Shown here: one piece after another, positions 10,646-20,804 of the stretch
Numbering within the stretch: the stretch's first letter is position 1
How the letters are laid out: every line of letters starts with the position of its first letter
Assembly: GCA_965220465.1 (NCBI GenBank)
Contig: CBDCPZ010000025.1
Location: 918,936-982,935, forward strand
Length of the DNA: 64,000 bases
Source of the DNA: Saprospiraceae bacterium
Lineage (GTDB): Bacteria; Bacteroidota; Bacteroidia; Chitinophagales; Saprospiraceae
Direction: 5' to 3'
Made by a program: the position numbers and the translations under genes
The notes under the pieces: generated by a model
Database searches by the model: none
Seen by the model: the letters and a program-made list of their open reading frames with translations, nothing else
What the model was told of the DNA's origin: nothing

Positions 10646-10925
10646 AGTAACAAACTTAAATACACAAAAGATTTTATAAAAAGAAGGCATCAAGTTTACG
10701 CTTATAGCCTTTTTTTATCGGGCAAAATATTATAACTGCAGTATCAAAAAGGATGCTTTTCATATTTTCGCTTCGTGTGGATTTCCTTTTTAAGGAGTGC
10801 TTCTGAAGAGGGAGTGTGAGAAAATGAAAGGCACCACTCGAAAGCACCTTCTAAGTAATCTAAAACTAATTTGTAGATTTGTGATATTAAAACAAAAACC
10901 TAATTCTGCAATCTGACAACCTACG

Positions 10926-11882
10926 ATGAAAGTAACCGAATACCTTGAGAAAACTAAAAACCAGACACTGATTTCCTTTGAGGTTTTGCCACCACTAAAA
11001 GGAGGCGGAATGAAAGCAATTTTTGATACGCTTGACCCTTTGATGGAATTCAAACCTCCTTTCATAGATGTAACTTATCACCGGGAAGAATTTATTTATA
11101 ATAAAAGATCCAGTGGCTATTATGAAAAAACAGCCATTCGCAAAAGACCGGGAACAGTAGGAATTTGTGCATCAATCATGCATCGTTATGGCGTTGATGC
11201 AGTTCCTCATTTGATTTGTGGCGGTTTCACTAAAGAAGATACGGAAAATGTCTTGATTGATCTTAACTTCCTGAATATCAACAATGTACTAGCTATTCGA
11301 GGAGACGCTCGAAAATTTGACGGAAAATTTATTCCTGAAAAAGAGGGCAATCGATATGCGCTTGATCTTGTAAAGCAAGTCGCAGGAATGAATAAAGGAA
11401 ATTACCTCGATCCAAATATCGAAAATGGTGAAAAAACAGACTTTTGTATCGGAGTAGCCGGTTATCCTGAAAAACACTTTGAATCTCCAAATATTCAATC
11501 CGATATGGAGTTTACTTTAGCGAAAGTTAAAGCAGGTGCGGATTATATCGTAACTCAAATGTTCTTTGACAATCAAAAATATTTTGAATACGTCGATACT
11601 TGTAAAAAATTAGGGATTGAGGTCCCAATCGTTCCAGGTTTAAAACCTGTTACAAAAAGGTACCAGCTGAACTCTCTTCCCAGGCTCTTTCATGTAAATA
11701 TGCCTGATGACCTTGTCAAAGAATTAGCAAAAGCAAAAAACGATGCCGCTGCTAAAGAAATAGGTATTGAATGGTGCATCCAGCAGTCAAAAGAATTAAA
11801 AGCGAAAGGCGTTCCTTGCCTCCATTTTTATACCATGGGCGATCCTGAAACGATAAGAAGAATTGCCGAGGCTGTTTATTAA
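10926..11882 (+). CDS. metF: 5,10-methylenetetrahydrofolate reductase
   Basis: A 318-aa ORF with an MTHFR TIM-barrel signature throughout (SFEVLPP...; ...HFYTMG). Confidence 0.85.
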   Translation: MKVTEYLEKTKNQTLISFEVLPPLKGGGMKAIFDTLDPLMEFKPPFIDVTYHREEFIYNKRSSGYYEKTAIRKRPGTVGICASIMHRYGVDAVPHLICGGFTKEDTENVLIDLNFLNINNVLAIRGDARKFDGKFIPEKEGNRYALDLVKQVAGMNKGNYLDPNIENGEKTDFCIGVAGYPEKHFESPNIQSDMEFTLAKVKAGADYIVTQMFFDNQKYFEYVDTCKKLGIEVPIVPGLKPVTKRYQLNSLPRLFHVNMPDDLVKELAKAKNDAAAKEIGIEWCIQQSKELKAKGVPCLHFYTMGDPETIRRIAEAVY

Positions 11883-11944
11883 TGCAAATTAAGCAGGGAT
11901 TTTTTTAAATTCGCTGGTTTTAGAATAAACCCAGTTTAAAGAAG

Positions 11945-14512
11945 TTGTATAAAAAATCCATGTTAATGACGCACCTTAAAAAGCTATCCATATTTTTTTT
12001 ATTATTTTTTGTTTCAAACTTCACATTTTCGCAAAACAAACTACAATCCCCTGAAGCATTTTTTCCATTCAAATACGGCGAACAATTTACGCCTCACCAC
12101 CTTTTAGTAGATTATTTTAAAGACGTTGCAGCAAATAGTGACCAGATTATTGTGCAGGAATATGGCAGAACCAACGAACAAAGGCCATTAATATGGGCAA
12201 TTATTTCTTCTCCTGAAAATCTCAGAAATCTGGAACAAATCAGAATCGACAACCTCAAAAGGGCAAAATTGATTGAAGGAAAACCTTCTGATTCAAAACC
12301 AGTCGCTATAATTTGGCTGAGCTATGGCGTCCATGGAAATGAAGCCGGCGCTTCCGAAAGCTCAATCGCCACCCTTTACGAAATTGCCAAACCAGGCAAC
12401 CAAAAAATACAATCATTTCTCGAAAACGCTGTGGTAATTATTGATCCTTGCATTAATCCTGATGGTTATTCCCGCTATACCCATTGGCAATGGAATGCCA
12501 ACAACAAAATCATCAATCCAAACCCGGAATCCAGAGAACATGTGGAACCCTGGCCGGGAGGGCGAGTCAATCATTATCTTTTTGATCTCAATCGCGATTG
12601 GGCATGGCACACACAGGTTGAAACCCAGCAGCGGCTTGACATCTACAACCAATGGATGCCGCATATCCATGTAGATTTTCATGAAATGGGTCATAATTCC
12701 CCTTACTATTTTGCACCGGCTGCACAACCGTATCATAAACATATTACTGATTGGCAAGGTGATTTTCAGCATGAGATTGGCCGAAACCATGCAAAATATT
12801 TTGATGAAAACGCGTGGCTTTATTATACCCGGGAAGATTTTGATTTGTTTTATCCGAGTTATGGAGACACCTATCCGATTTTTAATGGCAGTATCGGCAT
12901 GACACATGAGCAGGCAGGACACAGCAAAGCAGGAAGAGCTATTATATTAGAAAACATGGATACACTTACCCTAAAAGATCGTATTGAACATCACAAAACA
13001 ACGAGTATTTCAACTATCGAAATCGGGTCACTTAATGCAAAAAGATTAGTTCAAAAATTTGAAGCATATTTCACTGAATCCATGAAAAATCCAAAAGGGA
13101 AATATAAAACATTTGTTATTTCCCACTCCAATTCAAAGGATAAAATAAACGCACTTTGCAAGTTCCTCAGCAAACATAATATACACTACGGAAGTACCAG
13201 AACAGAAGCCTCTGTTGATGCTTATCATTATGCCACCGGGAAAACAGAAACCTATAAAATTGGACCCCAAGACTTAGTCATCACAGCTTATCAGGCAAAA
13301 TCTGTTTTGGCGCAGGTCCTTTTTGAACCCAATCCGTTTTTGGTAGATTCCCTGACTTATGACATTACTGCCTGGTCATTGCCCCATGCCTATGGCTTGG
13401 ATGCTTATGCCGTTGAACAACAAATTGAAGTGGATAAACCGTTTAAAATAGACAAAAAACCAGCTTCTTTAGAAAGAACATCCGCTCCTTATGCCTATCT
13501 TTTAGAGTGGCAATCAATTGAAGATGCTAAATTTTTGGGAGCTATTTTAAATAAAGGAATAAAAGTTCGTTTTGCGAACAAAAGCTTTGAGTTGGAAGGA
13601 AAAAAATATGGGCTTGGTACTTTGATAATGTCACAGGCAGACAATCGGAGAAACCCAAACTATATGAGTACTGTAATTCATTTAGCGCAACAATTAGAGC
13701 GAAATATCATTGCCGTAGAAAGCGGCTTTTCAATTATAGGCTATGATCTCGGATCAGGCGAAAACCATTTGGTTTCAAGGCCCAATATCGCCATTTTACA
13801 AGGGGATCGAATTTCCGCGAATGATTTTGGCTATGTTTGGCATTTTTTCGAAAATGACCTAAATTACCCTATAACAGTACTACCACTTACCACCATAGGT
13901 CGTGCTGACCTGGACAACTACAATTTGATCATCATGCCCAATGGCAGTTATAGCACCAAGTCTTTACATTTCGATAAACTAAAAGCCTGGGTTTCGAAAG
14001 GAGGAAGATTAATTGCGATGGGGAGTGCTCTTTCAGTAATGGAGGGGCAAAACGGTTTTACTATTGAAAAATATGCAAGCTCAAAAGAAAAAGGAGAGGC
14101 TGATAAAGAACGTGAAAATAAAATCCTGGAAAACAGATTAAGTCCCTACGCCGATCGTACCCGGAAATCAATAAGTGATCAGATACCGGGAGCTATCTTC
14201 AAACTAAAAATGGACAATACACACCCTCTGGCCTACGGTTTTCCTGACTATTATTTTTCATTAAAAACCAGCACCAAAGCATACAAATTTCTCAAAAATA
14301 CCTGGAATGTAGGTTATATTGAAAAAGAACCTTTGATTCTTGGTTTTGCAGGAGTCAACACTATCGAAAAAATGGAAAATACGACCGTTTTTGGCGTCCA
14401 GACATTAGGCCGTGGCGATGTTATTTATATGGTCGACAATCCATTATTCAGAGGTTTTTGGCAACAAGGAAAATTTCTTTTCAGCAATGCTGTTTTTTTA
14501 GCTGGCCAGTAG
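11945..14512 (+). CDS. M14-family zinc carboxypeptidase (secreted)
   Basis: An 855-aa ORF with a signal peptide. HGNEAGASE carries the zinc-binding His/Glu of M14 peptidases. Confidence 0.75.
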   Translation: MYKKSMLMTHLKKLSIFFLLFFVSNFTFSQNKLQSPEAFFPFKYGEQFTPHHLLVDYFKDVAANSDQIIVQEYGRTNEQRPLIWAIISSPENLRNLEQIRIDNLKRAKLIEGKPSDSKPVAIIWLSYGVHGNEAGASESSIATLYEIAKPGNQKIQSFLENAVVIIDPCINPDGYSRYTHWQWNANNKIINPNPESREHVEPWPGGRVNHYLFDLNRDWAWHTQVETQQRLDIYNQWMPHIHVDFHEMGHNSPYYFAPAAQPYHKHITDWQGDFQHEIGRNHAKYFDENAWLYYTREDFDLFYPSYGDTYPIFNGSIGMTHEQAGHSKAGRAIILENMDTLTLKDRIEHHKTTSISTIEIGSLNAKRLVQKFEAYFTESMKNPKGKYKTFVISHSNSKDKINALCKFLSKHNIHYGSTRTEASVDAYHYATGKTETYKIGPQDLVITAYQAKSVLAQVLFEPNPFLVDSLTYDITAWSLPHAYGLDAYAVEQQIEVDKPFKIDKKPASLERTSAPYAYLLEWQSIEDAKFLGAILNKGIKVRFANKSFELEGKKYGLGTLIMSQADNRRNPNYMSTVIHLAQQLERNIIAVESGFSIIGYDLGSGENHLVSRPNIAILQGDRISANDFGYVWHFFENDLNYPITVLPLTTIGRADLDNYNLIIMPNGSYSTKSLHFDKLKAWVSKGGRLIAMGSALSVMEGQNGFTIEKYASSKEKGEADKERENKILENRLSPYADRTRKSISDQIPGAIFKLKMDNTHPLAYGFPDYYFSLKTSTKAYKFLKNTWNVGYIEKEPLILGFAGVNTIEKMENTTVFGVQTLGRGDVIYMVDNPLFRGFWQQGKFLFSNAVFLAGQ

Positions 14513-14806
14513 TTTTAATCCTTTATTTATTATTATAAAATTGCTTGCTTTTGTAGAAGAAAAAGTGATTTTCAGAAGGAAGAAGATTTTGCTCAAATAA
14601 ACTTTTAAACATTTTCGGATAACACGTTGCTTGACAAACCGTTTTTCCTTGACTTAAATTACTGATTTTCAGCATCTTAAAAATTAGAGTCAACAATTTT
14701 TAGCCAAAGGCTTTAAAATAGCCATCTGATCCAATTCTATTTCACATTATTTGGAAACTTTTTTGCAGATCGTTTCATACATCCGTATCCAATAAACCGC
14801 TCATGT

Positions 14807-17800
14807 ATGAAAACCAGATTTTTAATCTTTACTTTTAGCCTATTCTCGGTTTTAAGTTTTTCACAAAATGATAGTCGACTGGCAGATGGTTTAGTACCAA
14901 TTACTGCAATTGAAAAAATTGCAATGCCGATCCTTGATAATGAGTTTTTGCTTCAAAAGGAAATGGAAAGACGCGGGCCGGATTTGGCTCCAAAATTTGC
15001 GGAAAGCATGGAGGTTAATATTTCACCGAATTCAAATGGAAATTGGGAATCCGCTACAAATGGCAATTTGGTTTGGCGGTTAGTTATTCAATCTGCAAAT
15101 GCAAAATCAATTAACCTGGGATTTACAAAATATAAAATGCCGAAAGGAGGGTCACTGATTTTATATTCATCAGATTACCAACATATTCTCGGCCCTTTTA
15201 CACCAGCAGACAATGAAGAACATGAGCAATTGTGGACACCTGTAGTTCCAGGGGATGAAATTGTGATCGAAGTTCAAATTCCTGAAAAATCCAGAACTGA
15301 TTTAGAACTTGAATTAAAATATGTAAACCATGATTTTCTGGGTTTTGGTGGAGTAACTTCCGGCAATTGTAATATTGATGTAATCTGTGGAACGATGGAT
15401 GGATGGGCTCAGATCGATGAATATCGGGACATTATTCGCTCCGTTGCTGTCATTGGCACAAATGGAAATACTTATTGCTCTGGCTTTTTGGTGAATAACA
15501 CCAGAAATGATTGCACTCCTTATTTCATCACTGCAAAACATTGTGGAATCTATTCTGCTAACGCGCCGACTTTGGTTACTTATTGGAATTATGAAAATAC
15601 TTATTGCCGTGAAATTGGATCGGCAGACAATGGAAATGAAGGCGACGGAAATTTGAATAATTATAATACCGGTGCATTTTTTAGGGCTTGTTATGCCGAA
15701 ACAGATTTTACTTTGCTGGAACTGGATGATCCTGTTTCCGAAACGGCCAATGCTTTTTTTGCAGGTTGGTCCAATCTTCCCGTTGCACCTACAAAAGCCA
15801 TTAGCGTTCATCATCCGGGTGCTGACGAAAAAAGAATTAGTTTTGAAAATGACCCTTTGATGCTTACCAATGGTTTAGAATCAAATCCCGAAACAAATTT
15901 TAATCATGTCAGGGTCGTCGACTGGGATAGTGGAACTACAGAACAAGGGTCTTCAGGTTCCCCTTTATTTAATCAGAATAAGCAGGTAGTTGGCCAATTA
16001 CATGGTGGGGCAGCAGCTTGTGGAAACAATAAATCAGATTGGTACGGTAGCTTTGCTATTTCCTGGTTGGGCGGAGGTTCAGCTTCAACAAGGTTGAAAG
16101 ATTGGTTGGACCCTGATGATACTGGAGTTCCAACGCTTAATGGAAGGGAGCAGAGCGCCTGCAATATTTATGTCGAAAGCAATCCTGCTTCTACAGAATT
16201 GTGCTCTCCTTCGAATACTGTTTTTCAGCTTTATGCCAGTGAAACTTTCGAAACTAATGTGACCCTTTCTGCCTCTTCAGATATTCCCGGAACAGATAAT
16301 CTCATTTTAGACAATAACCTGATAGCGCCTGGAGATTCTACTCAACTACATTTGATAGTTGATCCTTCAGTTCCAACTGGAATTTATACCATTTTTATTA
16401 CCGGAACCGCTGGTCTTGTTACTGTTAGTAAAAATATTGAAGTGACCATTTTTGAAACCGCACCACCTTCACTAGCTCTAATTACTCCACCCGATGAAAA
16501 AATGAATACTTCTATCATTCCGCGATTCAGGTGGATCGAAGGCCCAATGGAAGCGACCTATGAAATACAAATTGCTACAGATTCAAATTTCACCAACATC
16601 GTTGAATCGATAGTTGAATTGGATACCAATTTTTATGATAATACGACACTCGAAGTTTTAACCAATTATTTTTGGAGAGTGCGCGCCGCCAACCTCTGTG
16701 GCGATGGAACCTGGTCACAAATTTATTCCTTTAAAACAGCTGATGTTCATTGTCTTGTTAGCTCCAGTGTAGATGTTCCTATCACGCTGCCTGAAAATGA
16801 TACACCAACCACTGTTTCAACCACTGAGATTTTAGAAAATGGCCTGGTAACCGATGTTGACATCACCGCTTTAGACATATATCATTCCTGGGTCGGCGAC
16901 TTAGTCGTCACAATTGAATCACCCTCAGGCATCACTGCAACATTGTTTGACCAACCAGGTGTTCCGGCTTCCAGTTTTGGTTGCCCGGAGGATAATCTGT
17001 TTTTAGCTTTCAATGACGAAGCAACCGAAAATTATGAAACCTTTGACAACACCTGCAATGAAGGAAATATGGCGATTGAAGGAACATTCCAACCTTATCA
17101 ACCTTTAAAAATATTTAATGGAGAAGTAGCAAAAGGGGTTTGGAAAATGACCATTATTGATAAAGCGGATGGTGATGGGGGCATGCTTAATGGGTGGAAC
17201 CTGAACATTTGTTCAACCATAATTCCTGATATATCAATAACAAGTTCAATGTTGGAACCAACGTATTGTATTGGTGAAAATATCACCTTCCAACTGACGC
17301 TTGGGTCGGATTTTGATTCAACCGGCATCAATCTCTCCACTATCGGAAATCCAATTGGAAGTACCATAGAGTTTAGTGAAAACAATGTCCTTCCTGGCGC
17401 AACCGTTGAGGTGACTATTCAAGGTATAAATTCAATCGGAAATTATCCAATCCTCTTTTTTGCAAATGATGGGACCAATTCCTTTAATTCGGAAATAAAC
17501 ATTCAAATAACAGGTACTCCGGCAGCCCCGCATTTGATGTTTCCTTTAAATGGTCAAACGGGCATTCCATTAGCCCCTATGCTTTTCTGGACTGGAAGTG
17601 AATATGCTTCAGGATATTTGGTTGAAATTGCAGAAGATGAATTTTTCAATAATGTTATTGCTTCAAATTTGCAAGTTGATTTGGAATATCTAACTCCTCA
17701 ACTCAATGAAAATCAGCAATATTTTTGGCGTGTTACGGCCCAAAATGAATGTGGTGAAACTTCGTCTTCCGTTTTTAACTTCACAACAGATGTGATTAAT

Positions 17801-18067
17801 AAAACTAATATCCTGAACGACAATGAAATAACAATCTATCCAAATCCAACAAGCGGAAAACTCCACATTCAATTTGAACAACCGCTTCAGGATAAAGTAA
17901 TCATTGAGGTGTTTTCACCAAATGGGCAATTGGTTCAACACATCACTACGGATAATTTTAATACCGATACAGAACTTGATTTAAAAAGCTTTGCTGATGG
18001 AATTTATTTAATCCGAATAATAAATAAAGAGACCGTTTTAAGACGAAAAATTGTTTTACAAAAATAA
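14807..18067 (+). CDS. T9SS-exported trypsin-like (S1, lysyl-endopeptidase-like) serine protease with proprotein-convertase P-domain and Fn3/Ig-like repeats
   Basis: Has a signal peptide. TAKHCG provides the catalytic His and GSSGSPLF the catalytic Ser. A P-domain-like segment (DITALDIYHSWVGDLVVTIESPSG...WKMTIIDKADGD) follows. The C-terminus (ITIYPNPTSGKLHIQFEQ...DGIYLIRI) is a T9SS sorting domain. Confidence 0.75.
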   Translation: MKTRFLIFTFSLFSVLSFSQNDSRLADGLVPITAIEKIAMPILDNEFLLQKEMERRGPDLAPKFAESMEVNISPNSNGNWESATNGNLVWRLVIQSANAKSINLGFTKYKMPKGGSLILYSSDYQHILGPFTPADNEEHEQLWTPVVPGDEIVIEVQIPEKSRTDLELELKYVNHDFLGFGGVTSGNCNIDVICGTMDGWAQIDEYRDIIRSVAVIGTNGNTYCSGFLVNNTRNDCTPYFITAKHCGIYSANAPTLVTYWNYENTYCREIGSADNGNEGDGNLNNYNTGAFFRACYAETDFTLLELDDPVSETANAFFAGWSNLPVAPTKAISVHHPGADEKRISFENDPLMLTNGLESNPETNFNHVRVVDWDSGTTEQGSSGSPLFNQNKQVVGQLHGGAAACGNNKSDWYGSFAISWLGGGSASTRLKDWLDPDDTGVPTLNGREQSACNIYVESNPASTELCSPSNTVFQLYASETFETNVTLSASSDIPGTDNLILDNNLIAPGDSTQLHLIVDPSVPTGIYTIFITGTAGLVTVSKNIEVTIFETAPPSLALITPPDEKMNTSIIPRFRWIEGPMEATYEIQIATDSNFTNIVESIVELDTNFYDNTTLEVLTNYFWRVRAANLCGDGTWSQIYSFKTADVHCLVSSSVDVPITLPENDTPTTVSTTEILENGLVTDVDITALDIYHSWVGDLVVTIESPSGITATLFDQPGVPASSFGCPEDNLFLAFNDEATENYETFDNTCNEGNMAIEGTFQPYQPLKIFNGEVAKGVWKMTIIDKADGDGGMLNGWNLNICSTIIPDISITSSMLEPTYCIGENITFQLTLGSDFDSTGINLSTIGNPIGSTIEFSENNVLPGATVEVTIQGINSIGNYPILFFANDGTNSFNSEINIQITGTPAAPHLMFPLNGQTGIPLAPMLFWTGSEYASGYLVEIAEDEFFNNVIASNLQVDLEYLTPQLNENQQYFWRVTAQNECGETSSSVFNFTTDVINKTNILNDNEITIYPNPTSGKLHIQFEQPLQDKVIIEVFSPNGQLVQHITTDNFNTDTELDLKSFADGIYLIRIINKETVLRRKIVLQK

Positions 18068-18108
18068 AAACTTTAAAAAGAATAAATAAAATTATTAGTA
18101 AAATTGGA

Positions 18109-18140
18109 TAAAGGCGTGGCTTTTGCTTACGCCCTTTTTT
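18109..18140 (+). terminator. Rho-independent terminator after the protease gene
   Basis: Stem ggcgt...acgcc followed by TTTTTTATT. Confidence 0.5.
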
Positions 18141-18217
18141 ATTACTTTTGCAGCTTTCAAGTAGTTTGACGAAATTATCAATAAACTATTTTTTTCGTCT
18201 TTAAAAACAGACCTGCA

Positions 18218-19486
18218 ATGATAAAAGCAAACAATCCGAAAATACAATCCTGGCTCGACATTCCTGAAGGCAGCGACTTTCCAATCCAAAATATTCCTTT
18301 TGGTATTTTTAAAACTAAAAAGCAGTCTCCTCGTGTTTGTACGCGCATCGGCGATCAGGTGATCGATCTTGCAAAAGCAAACGAACTGGGCTTTTTTGCT
18401 GACCTGAAGATTTCAAAATCGGTTTTCCAAAATCAATACCTCAATGACTTTATGGCTCTGGGGAAAGCTACCACACGAGCAGTGCGGGATCGAATTTCGG
18501 AGCTGTTCGACAAGCGATCCAAAAAGTGGAACTCCAGAGAAATGGCGGAGCATTTTTTACACAACATTGAAGATGTTGAACTATTGCTGCCTGTCAAAGT
18601 TGGTGATTACACGGATTTTTATTCCAGCATCGAACATGCAACTAACGTTGGTTCACTTTTCCGCGATCCGAAAAATGCATTGCTCCCCAACTGGAAACAT
18701 TTGCCCGTTGGTTATCATGGCCGGTCTTCTTCAATCGTTGTCTCCGGCACTCCGGTCCATCGTCCGAAAGGACAATCAAAACCGGCGGATGCCGACAAAC
18801 CCGTTTTTGGCCCCAGCAAATTATTGGATTTTGAGTTGGAGATGGCTTTTATCGTTGGAAAATCTACTGATCTGGGCGATTCGGTTTCTACTGCCCAGGC
18901 TGAAGATTATATTTTTGGACTAGTGCTTTTCAACGATTGGTCGGCTCGTGATATTCAAGCTTGGGAATATGTTCCGCTTGGCCCTTTTCTAGGGAAAAGT
19001 TTTGCGTCAACCATTTCTCCGTGGGTGGTGACCCTCGACACGATGGAGCCCTTCCGCGCCAAAGGCCCCAAACAATCTCCAAAAGTGCTTCCCTACCTTG
19101 AATACGAAGGAGAAAAAAATTATGACTTAAACTTAACCGTTGAAATCCAACCTGAAGAAGGAAAAGGAAAAACGGTTTGCGTTTCAAATTTCAAATACAT
19201 GTATTGGAACATGTGTCAGCAATTGGCTCACCACACGGTCAATGGCTGCAATTTAAATATTGGAGACATGTGTGCATCAGGAACGATCAGTGGAAAAAAC
19301 AAAAATTCCTATGGTTCCATGCTAGAAATCTCCTGGCGCGGCACCAAGCCGGTAACTATGCCTGACGGTTCGCAGCGAAAATTCATCAATGACGGAGATA
19401 CCGTTGTCATGAAAGGCTGGTGTGAAAAAGATGGTGTACGAGTTGGATTTGGAGAAACAAGCGGTAAAGTATTACCTGCTATATAG
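18218..19486 (+). CDS. fahA: Fumarylacetoacetase
   Basis: A 422-aa ORF whose N-terminal domain (SWLDIPEGSDFPIQNIPFGIF) and C-terminal FAH domain are diagnostic. Confidence 0.85.
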   Translation: MIKANNPKIQSWLDIPEGSDFPIQNIPFGIFKTKKQSPRVCTRIGDQVIDLAKANELGFFADLKISKSVFQNQYLNDFMALGKATTRAVRDRISELFDKRSKKWNSREMAEHFLHNIEDVELLLPVKVGDYTDFYSSIEHATNVGSLFRDPKNALLPNWKHLPVGYHGRSSSIVVSGTPVHRPKGQSKPADADKPVFGPSKLLDFELEMAFIVGKSTDLGDSVSTAQAEDYIFGLVLFNDWSARDIQAWEYVPLGPFLGKSFASTISPWVVTLDTMEPFRAKGPKQSPKVLPYLEYEGEKNYDLNLTVEIQPEEGKGKTVCVSNFKYMYWNMCQQLAHHTVNGCNLNIGDMCASGTISGKNKNSYGSMLEISWRGTKPVTMPDGSQRKFINDGDTVVMKGWCEKDGVRVGFGETSGKVLPAI

Positions 19487-19614
19487 TTTAGCTTATTTCT
19501 GTGGCATTTTAGCATAAAATAAACTAAATTAAAGTCTTATATTTGAACTTTAAATTGCATATGTTTGCAATTTTGAAAGGTATTTTGCATCATTTTTCTT
19601 GAACCATTTTTAAT

Positions 19615-20190
19615 TTGATCCCAGAGAAGTACATTCAAAGCCTAAGGAAATTCAGAGCGTTACATCGTTTACTCGGCATTACCTTGGCGATACTACTCGT
19701 GATAAGTGCATCAACAGGAATATTGCTTGGCCTGAAAAAAGAAGTCGCTATAATTCAACCTCCAACCACAAAAGGGATCAGTAAAGGAATTAACAATTGG
19801 AAAGCATTTTCTGAAATTGATTCATTGGCGAAAGCTGCTTTCTTTGCAGCACATCCTAATCAAAGTGACAACACTGTTGATCGTTTTGATGTTCGCCCTT
19901 CCAAAGGAATTGTGAAGGTCCTTTTTGAAAAAGGGTATTGGGAAGTTCAAATTGATCCTGTTTCCGGGGAAATAAAATCAATTGCCCAACGCCATTCTGA
20001 TTGGATTGAAGCATTACACGATGGTTCAATTGTTAGTGAATTATTCAAACTAATTTCAATGAATTTTCTGGGAATTGGCTTATTAGCTTTAATCTCAACA
20101 GGCTTGTGGCTGTGGTATGGCCCTAAAAGAATCCGCAAAAAGAAAACCATCCTCAGAGAAAAATTAATTGAGGAAAATACGGAAAATTAA
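19615..20190 (+). CDS. PepSY-associated TM-helix protein (TTG start)
   Basis: The N-terminal TM helix RALHRLLGITLAILLVISASTGILLG is typical of PepSY_TM proteins. There is a second TM helix near the C-terminus. Confidence 0.55.
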   Translation: MIPEKYIQSLRKFRALHRLLGITLAILLVISASTGILLGLKKEVAIIQPPTTKGISKGINNWKAFSEIDSLAKAAFFAAHPNQSDNTVDRFDVRPSKGIVKVLFEKGYWEVQIDPVSGEIKSIAQRHSDWIEALHDGSIVSELFKLISMNFLGIGLLALISTGLWLWYGPKRIRKKKTILREKLIEENTEN

Positions 20191-20430
20191 TCTTCCACTC
20201 TATTAGCAAGGCTTCCAAAAAAAGTGCTTGGACACAATTAACTTAAACATTTTATGACTGTTTCTTTATTCACCCTACTTCGTTGAAAATACTCGTCATA
20301 GCTTAGGCTATGCTTGCGCTTTTCGCCTTGTCTGGTAAATAAATAATCTCGGTCAAAAATGAAACTTATTTATGTCCAAGCACTTACATTCTCAAAAAAT
20401 ATTTTTAAAAAATTGCTGAAATATTTTAAT

Positions 20431-20447
20431 ACATAAGATTCTTATGT
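20431..20447 (+). promoter_or_regulatory. Perfect 17-bp palindrome ACATAAGA-T-TCTTATGT, putative PadR operator
   Basis: It sits 12-28 nt upstream of the PadR start codon. The ACAT/ATGT half-sites match the known PadR-box style. Confidence 0.45.
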
Positions 20448-20458
20448 ATCTTTGACTT

Positions 20459-20791
20459 ATGCATTCAAAGGAACTACTCAAAGGCACGCTAAAAACGATC
20501 ATTTTAAAACTTTTATCAGAGCATGATAAAATGTACGGGTATGAAATTACTCAAAAAGTGAAGGAACTCACACTTGGCAATATTCTTCTGACGGAGGGCG
20601 CACTCTACCCTACTCTACACAAATTGGAAAGTGAAGGTTTGCTGACCACCGAAAAAGTGTCCGTTGGAAAGCGAGTAAGAAAGTATTATTCATTGACGCC
20701 CACCGGGGTGACCGAATCGGTTTCAAAAGTGGAAGAGTTTCAAGCTTTTGTAACAACCATGCAAATGGTTTTGGGAATTAAACCAATATAA
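20459..20791 (+). CDS. PadR-family transcriptional regulator
   Basis: A 110-aa ORF with a winged HTH (LKGTLKTIILKLL...MYGYEI...GALYPTLHKLESEGLL) and a C-terminal dimerisation helix. Confidence 0.85.
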   Translation: MHSKELLKGTLKTIILKLLSEHDKMYGYEITQKVKELTLGNILLTEGALYPTLHKLESEGLLTTEKVSVGKRVRKYYSLTPTGVTESVSKVEEFQAFVTTMQMVLGIKPI

Positions 20792-20804
20792 AAGCAACCT
20801 TATC

